64,000 nt of DNA from the human T2T-CHM13v2.0 reference genome, Homo sapiens. A model generated the notes under the pieces. That model had not been told where the DNA came from. It made no database searches and saw only the letters and a program-made list of their open reading frames with translations. A program made the position numbers and the translations under genes. This document shows, piece after piece, positions 54,747 to 64,000 of the stretch. The DNA lies in the NCBI RefSeq assembly GCF_009914755.1, contig NC_060934.1; one strand, written 5' to 3'. The number at the start of each line of letters is the position of its first letter. Positions within the stretch are counted from its first letter, which is position 1.

Positions 54747-56329
54747 TTATTGTAGATAACTTCTAATTCCCAACTCCTTTAGCTACCAAAAAGACAAAGG
54801 CATTAAATCAAAACAAAATCAAAACAAAAAATTTAAAAACCAGATTCAGTCCTGGATATCCATTCAAGGTTCTGAGCACCCAAAGAGTACACATTCAAAA
54901 AATCATCTTCCCCCCAGTTTCAGCAGAATTTGGCTCAACATATTGTAGCATCTTCAGAAAACTCACAGCAGCATGGAAAAGGGTATGGGCTGGCCAGTGC
55001 CTGTCACTTCCAGAATGCCAAAATCTGTAATACCATATCAGGATGTGCAAAAGAGGCTACATGCTTTTAGTTGTTATGAATGCATGCACACGTGTGTGTG
55101 GGTATGCATGTGTGTTTCTTTCAACCTCAGTTAACACACTATCAACAGAGCTGAATATCTGTTCATGTTACCTGGAGGTCACTTCTTCCTGCCAAGAAAC
55201 TCAGAGTGGGTCATGAGGGGAAGGGCAATAAGAGTGCTCCTGATGGCAGGGAGAAACCGGAGCAGATACACAGCCCCACTCAGCTTCAGATTAGTCTAAA
55301 TTAAGTAGTGTGGCCTATGGAGGGGTCTCAGCTTGGAGGGCAACCTGATAGTGAAGCTAGAATCTCAGTCTATCGATGTACTAAATTGATGGCAATGAAA
55401 AGAATTCTTCCCAGACACAAAAGTACACTTGTTTCCAGATTAATGTATCCTCAATGTAAGCTTTTCAGCCCCTGCTCTGAAGGAGTTAACGCGTGCTTGC
55501 TTCAGGGCAGAGGCACAGCCACGGTTGTATTATTTTTTGAAGTATTTGCTTGCAGAGGTGACCTGACCACTTGCTCATGAATACACTGAAGCACTATTCT
55601 TTCCTAACATCTCATGATGCCAATTCACAAGGACACTAAAGAGTTTGTTTAAAGTGGTGGCGACAGAGGGACAACCCAGAATGCCTGCTGGAGGGACATT
55701 ACAAGTTTCCCTCTGGCAGAATCGAAAGTCATCTTTAGACACCTGCCCCCACTGCTTTCCCCGCCATTTCCTCCTTCCACTTGCTATGGAGCATCTCAAT
55801 TACTTGCTGTTAAGCATCTTGGCCTTATCTTTGTGTAACCAATGCCTGTTTTTCTACTCAAAAATGACTAACAGGAATTCAGGGTATTGTGTTGAATTTT
55901 AATGGGTTATTTTGTTTCTCATATGCTGATTTTCTAAAGGCCTCACAGTGGCTTCCTCTCTCCTCCTTCCTTAAAAAGAAGATTGAGAATCCTCATCTCT
56001 GATGATGTTGAGAGTCAGCATCTTTCTAACAGCTAGAAAGGGTCAGTGGTATAAGACTGTGGAGGAAAAAAATCGTAGGGGAACCATTTATTTTATATTT
56101 CTTGAGATTAAGATATGGAGTTTGCTTAAAGTTACAAAGCAAGCAAAGTTAGAGTGTGCAGGTGCCTAGCCTCTGATGTGTACCTCTCATCACATGGTAG
56201 GCACTGTTAGATTGGCTTCTCAAGTACTAAGGTTATTTATTATGTACTTTTTACTAAAGCCATCTCTAAGCTTTTGAACCTGGTAGAGTACAGATGTAGC
56301 TTATGGAAACACATGAGCAAAGGACTAGG

Positions 56330-56685
56330 ACTTCCTCTTCTCTTCTCTTCTCTTCTCTTCTCTTCTCTTCTCTTCTCTTCTCTTCTTGTCTCGTCTCCTC
56401 TCCTCTCCTCCCCTCCCCTCCCCTCTCCTCCTCTCCTCTCCCCTCTCCTCCTCTCCTCTCCCCCCTCCCCTCCCCTCCTGTCCTCTCCTCTTCTTCTCTC
56501 CTCTCCTCTTCTCCTCTCCTCTCCTCTTCTCCTCTCCTCTCTTCTCCTCTGTTCTTTCCTTTCTGATTCTTTCTTTCTTTCTCCTCTCTTTCTCCCTTCC
56601 TTCTTTCCTGCCTTCCTTTTTCTCTTTATTCCACCCTTCCTCCTTTCCTTCCTTCCTTCTATTCTTTCTTTTCTCTTTTTCTCTT
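56330..56685. repeat. Compound polypyrimidine microsatellite (CTTCT)n/(CTCCT)n/(CTTT)n
   Basis: Read directly; it explains the E/R-rich and S/L/P-rich ORFs here. Confidence 0.97.
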
Positions 56686-57369
56686 GAGAAAGTAAATTCA
56701 GAATTTTGTCTTTAGATTTCAGTCCTTTCCTAGATTTTATGTCATGAGAAAGATTCTGTATTCCATGGCCTTGGCTTAGGCTGAATTCATTGCAAATCAT
56801 GTAGAAGTTCCCATGGACAACCACCCCCTTTGCCAAGGGCACCAGAAGAGGTTGTGCTCTGTACACCATGCAGGTAGCACACCTTTCCTCTACACAGAAT
56901 ATAGACTCATTCCAAGTATAGACTGCTTTAATTCTTAAAGAAGCCCTGTTGTCCTGGTTTTGACAGTAAGGGGCAGTAGAATTAACTCACCCATATGCTT
57001 TGAAGTTTTATATAGTTGGGATATGCTGTACAATAATGGTTTTAGGTGGTGAGCCAATCACTTTTTGTATTCATTGCAAGCCATACAGTTGTTTCTTGTT
57101 TTTGGTTTGGGTTTTTTGCTACGTAAGCCATATTGTCACTTAATGCGTGCACACCTTTTTTGTTGCTCAACATCTTGCTTGGATAATGGATATTTCACAC
57201 AAATATAAGTCTGTTTTGAAAAATACAGCTTTTATTTATTCAACAAATAATTATTAGGAATATTCAATTCCCAGGCCCTATTTATATTTCTTCCTCTATC
57301 CCATGAAGTTGTATTGAGTTAGTTCCCATCACAGAAGTAACAACAGGGTTGCTTAGTCTGGGCTACAGT

Positions 57370-57940
57370 AGTTGCCAGCATCCTTTCTCTGCCCCGATCC
57401 AAAAACCATTTCACATACCAGGCCAGCTACATGTTCCCAAGTCATGAGTCAGATCAAATACATGTTCTGGTCAAAAACATTCAACAGATTCCATCTATTC
57501 TTAGGATTCCTGGATTTCACAGCCTTTGTAATATGGTCCCAAGTCACCTTTCTATCATCTCCCACCTCTTCCACCCTGAAATGGAACCCTTTGTCTTGCT
57601 TCAAACACACCTTGTACTTTCTATCTGCAGGTTTCTGCTTACCTTGTCCTTTCCACCAGAAGTCTCCTCTCCACTCCTAGCTTCTGCCTGCTGAAATCCT
57701 CCCCCTCATTCTTCAAATCCCACTGGTCCCTGGAGAATTTCTAATTCTCCTCCTTCCCTACTTTGCTGATATAATTCTTCCTTGATCCTTCCCTTACGAT
57801 AGCCATTTATCCATTAAAGATGCCACCCTTACTAAATTATACAAAATTGTGCAAAAGGCAAAGTCGATGTCATCTTTGCAGCCCAACAATACTTTGCATT
57901 TGGTAGGCACTCTCTATTTGTTGGCATTGAACTAAAGGAA
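57370..57940 (+). mobile_element. Degraded L2
   Basis: Pyrimidine-rich L2 body ending 'tggtaggcactctctatttgttggcattgaac'. Confidence 0.55.
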
Positions 57941-58199
57941 CTGTTAGTGCCGTCTTTGATCCCAGATGCTACACTCATAGATATTAACATAGAAAAGAAC
58001 CCTAACCTAGTTTAATGGTAGATGCTCAAATTGAATCACAATCACCCGGGATTTTTTTTTTTTTTTCAAAAGGCACCATCCCAAGTCTTCACTCTAGCCA
58101 TCTAAAGTAGAACTTTATTTTTAAAATGAAGGTAGGTGGAGAATAAAGAGAAAACGGTCATAGAGCTAACCAGTGACTGTGCCCAGATCATCATCTGTG

Positions 58200-58410
58200 T
58201 GATATAACAGAAAGAACGTGGGCTTTGATATCAGATAGACCTAGATTCAAATCCAAAGTTATTCAACCTCTCTAAACCTTGGCTCCTTGACTTATAAATT
58301 TCAGATGCCACCTAGCTTAAGAGTTGTTATATGAAATAAGTGAGAGGATGCACAGAAATCACCTAGCATGTTACATGGCACACAGTAGGAACTCTAATAC
58401 ATGCCAGTTC
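58200..58410 (+). mobile_element. MIR SINE
   Basis: Contains 'gggctttgatatcagatagacctagattcaaatcc...aacctctctaaaccttggctcc...catggcacacagtagg'. Confidence 0.8.
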
Positions 58411-59397
58411 TTTCTCCCTCCCTCATGAGTCCATACCCAGGATCTGACCACAATACCAGGCTGTAATACTTAACTGAATAAAGTCAATGTTCATTCATTC
58501 ACCAAAATGAATTGGGAGCTTCTACAGCCCAAGCGCTGTACTAAACCTCAGTACATCCCACTTACCCTCAAACATTCCCCCAATGCATCTAAAGTTATTA
58601 TATTTAAAAAAGCTATATCACTCTTTGGAAACTAATATCAGACTCAATATCTATTATACCATAAACTCCTTCACAAAGGGTCAGAATACCATCAGTTATT
58701 TCTACTGGTTGTCCTTCCTCTTGTTAATATATTTTAACTCCTCATGACATGAACAAGTAGCCTTTAACATAGAAATAAGAACGTGATGTAATTTCTAATA
58801 TCCTAGGGAATAGGAATTTGTTTTTATTGATTCCCACTTAGCTTTTCACAAGCATCCCTCTTCTTTTCTTAGTCTGTATTTAATAAAAGGTTTATAGGTT
58901 TCTGTTTTTCTTAGTTGGGAGACCAGAATAAAACTAAAATTGCCATTTCCAGTAACTCAATATGGCGTGTGTGAATAGGCTGCACACATATGTCATTGTA
59001 ATGTGTTTTATAATCAATGTCTATTTTCTTTCATTGCTCTACCTTCCTATTCAAAATTTAATCTATTTCCTTAGAATCTTGTTTTCATGAATATATTAAT
59101 TTCAAGAATGTGTGTTTTTGCACTATGGTTGTAAGTAACTTGTAAAATCAATAAAATGGTTTCTGTTGACTGAACTAGCTATTGAGAACTGAGAATGGCT
59201 TCATATATAAGTTGTCAGATCCTGTCAGATGCTGTCACAATATAACTCTAAGTTAGACAAGTAAAAATTTCTTGCAAAGAAAAATTGGGGAAAAAATGTA
59301 GTTTAGGTTGAGCTATCACTGCACACACTGAGAAATAAATAAATGCACACGATTTGCTCTAATCCTTTGCTGCCTCTTTTCTTTAAAACACCAACTA

Positions 59398-59705
59398 GGC
59401 CAGGTGTCGTGGCTCATGGCTGTAATCACAGCACTTCGAGAGGCCTAGTCAGGGGGACTGCTTGAGGTCAGGAGTTTGAGACCGTATGGACAACAGAGTG
59501 AGACCCCATCTCTATAAAAAAGTTAAAAATTTCTAGGGTACGGTAGCACATTCCTTTAGTCTCAGTTATTCAGGAGGCTGATGTGGGAGGATCGTTGGAG
59601 CCTAGGAGGTTGATACTGCAGTGAGCTGTGATCACACCACTGCACTTCAGCCTGGGTGACAGAGTGAGATCCTGTTTCAGAAAAAACAACAAACAAAGGA
59701 AAAAA
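59398..59705 (+). mobile_element. AluJ
   Basis: Diverged dimer with flanks aaaacaccaacta / aaaacacccaaata. Confidence 0.92.
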
Positions 59706-59951
59706 ACACCCAAATAACACAGACAGCAATAATAATAATGTATATGTACAGCTCTGTATTTTTCAAATGCTTTTACCTTATTATTAACTCAATTGATTAT
59801 TCCATCGTTCAAATATCTGAGCAGTTAACTGTGTTTCAGCCAATGTGCTACATGCTGAAGATTCAGTGGTGAAAAAAATGAAAAAGAAAATGGTCCTTGC
59901 CCCCATGGAGTCTAATAGGAGAGGAAACAACTAATAAAAATATCACATAAG

Positions 59952-61787
59952 CCCCATATAAGAATGACCAACTGATGTTTGACAAAGTTCAAAAGGAATT
60001 CAATGGAAGTGAATTCAACAAATGTTGCTGGAATAATTCAATGTTTATAGGCAAAAAATAACAAAAATAAAAAAATGAACCTCAGCCCAAACATTGTACT
60101 TGATACTAAAATTAACTCAAAATGGATTATAGATCTAAAGCTATAAAAGTTTTAGAAAAGAAATAGGAAAAAATCTTTGTGATCTAGGATTAGGTGAAAT
60201 GTTCTTAGTCATGATATCAAAGGCATTATTCACAAAAAAAATAGATAAATTGTAACTAACACAAATTAAGAACTTTTGCTCTGAAAACCACTCTCTTATA
60301 AAGAAAAAAAGACAAACTTCAGACTAGAATGAAATATTTGCACATCACATATCTGACAAAGGGCTTATCCAAAATATATAAAGAACACTTTAAATTCAAC
60401 AGTAAGAAAACAAACAACCCAATTAGAAAATGGGCAAGACTTGAACAGATACTTCACCAAAGAGGATATATAGGCACAAAAGAACATGAAAAGATGTTAA
60501 ACATCATTAGGCATTAAGAATATGCAAATTATAATGAGATACCACCACACACCTATTAGAATTATTAAAATAAAAACACATGCTGGGTGCAGTGGCTCAC
60601 ACCTATAATCCAAGCACTTTTGGGAGGCCAAGCCAGGAGGATTGCTTGAGCCCAGGCATTTGAGACCAGCCTGGGCAACATGATGAGACCTTATCTCTAC
60701 AAGAAATTTAAAAACTAGCCAGACGTGGTAGTGCATGCTTGTAGTCCCAGTTACTTGGAAGGCCGAGGTGGGAGGACTGTTGAGTCTGAGGGGTTGAGGT
60801 TGCAGTGAGCCAAGATCATGCCACTGCACTCCAGCCTGGACAATAGAATGAGACATAGTCTCAAAAATAAATAAATAATAAATAAATAAAAATTTTAAAA
60901 ATAAAATTAAAAGCATGGATAAAACCAAGTGTTGATGAGGCTGTGGAGCAACGAGATTTCTTATCTATCACTGATGGGAATGAAAAATGGTATAGCCACA
61001 CTGGAGAACAGTTTGGCAGTTTCTTATAAGCATACACTTACTATATAACCTAGCAAATGCACTCCTCAGTATGTATTCAAGAGAAATGAAAATGGCGTGT
61101 TCCCACAAAAACCTGTACATAAATGTTTATAGAAGTTCTATTTACTTATATAAGCCCCAAACCCCTACTGACTTCTATAGCCCCAAACGAGAAACAACCC
61201 AAATGCCCTTCAACAAGTAAACAGATAAGCAAATGGTGATACAAACATCCCAAGGGGTGCAACTCAGCAATAGGAGAGAACAAATGACTGCTGCATGCAA
61301 ACAACTTGGTTGGCTCTCAAGGGAACCACGATGCATGTAGAAAGCCATTGCCAAAGGGTTAAACATTTTATGATTCCATTTATATAACATTCCTCAATTT
61401 ACAAAATTAAAGTAATGAAGAACAGATCAGTAGTTGCCAGGGGTTAGGGCTGGGGAAAGGATGAAATTATTAAAAGGTAACATGAAGTCACTTCTCAATT
61501 GTGAAAGAAGAGTTTCGTATCCTGATTGTGGTGATAGTTACCAGAACCTAAAATTTGATGAAACTATACATACACAACATTCATGTAAAAAATGTGGAAA
61601 TCCGGGTAAGGTTTTTACCTGAATCAATAGCACTGTGCCAATGTCAATTCCTAGTTTTGACCATGTACCATGGTTATGGACGATGTTACCATTGGAGGAA
61701 ACTGGGAGTAGGGTATACGGGAATTCTCAGTACTCATGTTGTAACGTCGTGTGGTCTTAACTATTTCAAAATAAAAACTTATATTAG
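59952..61787 (+). mobile_element. L1MB/MC-type 3' portion inserted into an antisense L2
   Basis: L1 ORF2 3' motifs (aaaattaactcaaaatggat, atatttgcacatcacatatctgacaaaggg) and a 3' UTR. Probable TSD is aaatatcacataag / aaacagcacataag. L2 lies on both flanks (about 59800-59950 and 61800-62000). Confidence 0.85.
60581..60890 (+). mobile_element. AluJ nested in L1
   Basis: Full dimer with a (TAAA)n tail. Confidence 0.93.
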
Positions 61788-64000
61788 AAACAGCACATAA
61801 GTGCATATAAAATTACAATTCTGTTAAGTGCTACAGGGAGAGCTATATGATGCTATGGAAGCCTCTGATGCAGGGATTGACCTGGTGATGCAGGTCAGGG
61901 AAGGCTTGAAAATGAACTGAGATCTAAGGAAAGGATAGAGGTTAATGAGGTGAAAAGGGCAGGGAGGTTGAATCCAATTCTCTTGACTTAGGAAGAGTTC
62001 AATAAGGTAGAAAAATAGTTCTTTCCATGAACCTCCAAAGCTGAAACACACAACAGTGCAGATGAGCAGTGAAGGCTTCATCTATGGTGGGTAAAAAAGA
62101 AGGGTTCAGGGACCTAGGAAACCCGTCAGCTACTGGGCAAATTAGAAGGGTAGGGAGAAGGGAAGCAAGATAGCTAAGAGAGAGGGTGGGGTGAACCCCA
62201 ACAAGTCAAGTCAGGAGCCCTCTAAAATCACTGCAGGGCTTATTGGTGTATGCTAACCTCTAAATCCCCAACCATGGTGAAGGAATTCCCCATCCACAGG
62301 TGTTTCGGTCTAAACTCACTTTACCTGACAGGTACAGGGGAGCTGTGGGGAGCAGCCTGTGAGCTGCTTCTGACTCAGTAGAGTGTTAGGGAAGAAAGAA
62401 GAGCAGAAGTCAGACACCTTCCCTCCTTCATATATATCCCTTCCCTTCTCACAGCCATTTCCCTGAGCCTAGCCTTCCACCAGGGAGCTTCAGGAGCTGA
62501 ATGAGACCCACGCTTTGGTTCTCCCATCCAGCAAGTTACACCACCTCTTTGGGCAACAGTCTACCCCTCCATAAAGCAAATCTAGACCAAATGACCTCAC
62601 AGCTGACTCAATCCTTGGGTTTGTTGATTCTGGCTTCTGGCTTTTTGATCTGCATTCAAATTGCTCTTTCATTTTTGTCTGCAGTCATCTGTATGAGTAC
62701 CTAGAGAAAGACTGGGGGAAACAGTCATGACTACGTTACAAGCTTCTTTTTAAAGTCATCCATTTGTTGTGAGAGAGTTCAACGGTTATCTAGAAGCTAG
62801 GTACAAAGTACAGTCTGCATTTATGAATCCCTGGAAATAATCTTGTTAGGTCAAGTACAAAGAATTATTTTACTCGCTAAGTTCCAATGAAAAGGAGAAA
62901 TTGGATATACCATTATATAGACTTCTAAACTAAGAGAGAATTTAAATTTTCTCTTAATAGTGATTTGACTCAGCTAATATTTATACATTTAATAAAAGTT
63001 TCAACATTTTAGTTAAAATGCTATTTTTACAGTAGTCTTCTGCTCAGAGAGATTTAAATTATATTCATTAGTAGTGTCATGTTCAATGACTGAAGCCATA
63101 ACATCAGAGTGAACCCAATTGACGGGCAGAAATATATTTGCTTAACAAAAAAAGAGCAAAAGAGACAAAGGCAGACATGAATAGGAAGGGTTTTTTTTTT
63201 TTTTTTTTTTTTTTGGAAGGCTGACAGTTCTTCCCTCCAAGCAAATTATTACTTATCTATCCACCCAGCCTGATAAAAATAATCACAAATATTTTGAATG
63301 CCTGCATTGAAAGATGGATTTAGAACGTTCAGTGCTCACAGTGGCAGAATGGTTATGTATGGTTTCATTTGGACTCACAGCCGACCAAAATATGGGTGTT
63401 TAAGCCTGTGGAGCAGGAGCAACTAATTGATCCCACTTAGGAGACAGACTGTGAATAATGGGCCATTATATTTTGATGGAACACACAATTGCCTTGAACT
63501 TCTCAGAAGTTCAGGTGTGGGGATCCAGCTACCTGGGGCAGTTGCTGGAATGTGATGGTCTGCGGGCTTCTGATCATGCATCTGCCTGCTGCACCCCTCG
63601 TAGGGCCCAGCTCCATTTCACGGGAATAACTCACCTATTCATGAACAATGAGGTTCAAATTGTACCTTTCCTTAACACAACATTAACTCTCAAAGAGCTG
63701 GAAATTCAGCACTCGGTTTCGTGAGCTTAGATTGCAAATCAGTCACTGAGAACATTATATGAGCAGTAATCCCATTAAATATATCATCTTGCAAATATCT
63801 AAATCCAGTTAATTAACTTGTATTGCAAAAGAGCTTGGAGATATAGTTTTCAGAGAGCAACCATACATTTTAGGGCCCTAATTATACTTAAAGTAAATTT
63901 CAGGCTCTAGTTTTTATAAAAAATAGGTGGAAAACCGCCTTCTAAGGAAAAAATGGATTGATGGAGGGCTACGTTTATGAGATTTAAACAGAAAAGATAT

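Noticed and set aside
56240-56869. Longest ORF (209 aa, E/R/G-rich) and overlapping S/L/P-rich ORFs
   Set aside because: They are translations of a CT microsatellite that lacks stop codons, and have no domain-like sequence.

Overview
This is primate, most likely human, non-coding genomic DNA. It is AT-rich and CpG-depleted, has no CpG island, and shows no recognisable protein-coding exon or RNA gene. Every ORF in the track is explained by repeats, microsatellites or chance. The window is a palimpsest of transposable elements: about 14 Alu/FLAM copies (J, S and Y ages), about 21 solo ERVL/ERVL-MaLR LTRs (MLT1, THE1, MLT2, MER21, LTR16, LTR47-like) with several nested insertions and readable target-site duplications (TSDs), old L1M and L2 fragments, MIRs, and Tigger/mariner MITEs. 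I found no evidence of a new multi-gene system. The most unusual signals are: (1) several 50-80 bp locally templated duplications beside damaged Alus or inside a TA-rich expansion, suggestive of template-switch repair scars; (2) a perfect 29-bp MADE1 hairpin of the miR-548 type; (3) an Alu whose A-tail is on the wrong strand; (4) a palindromic CLEAR/AP-1/ARE composite motif near a MEF2 site in repeat-free DNA. Subfamily names come from recalled consensus sequences and need RepeatMasker/Dfam confirmation. Boundaries without a TSD are approximate.
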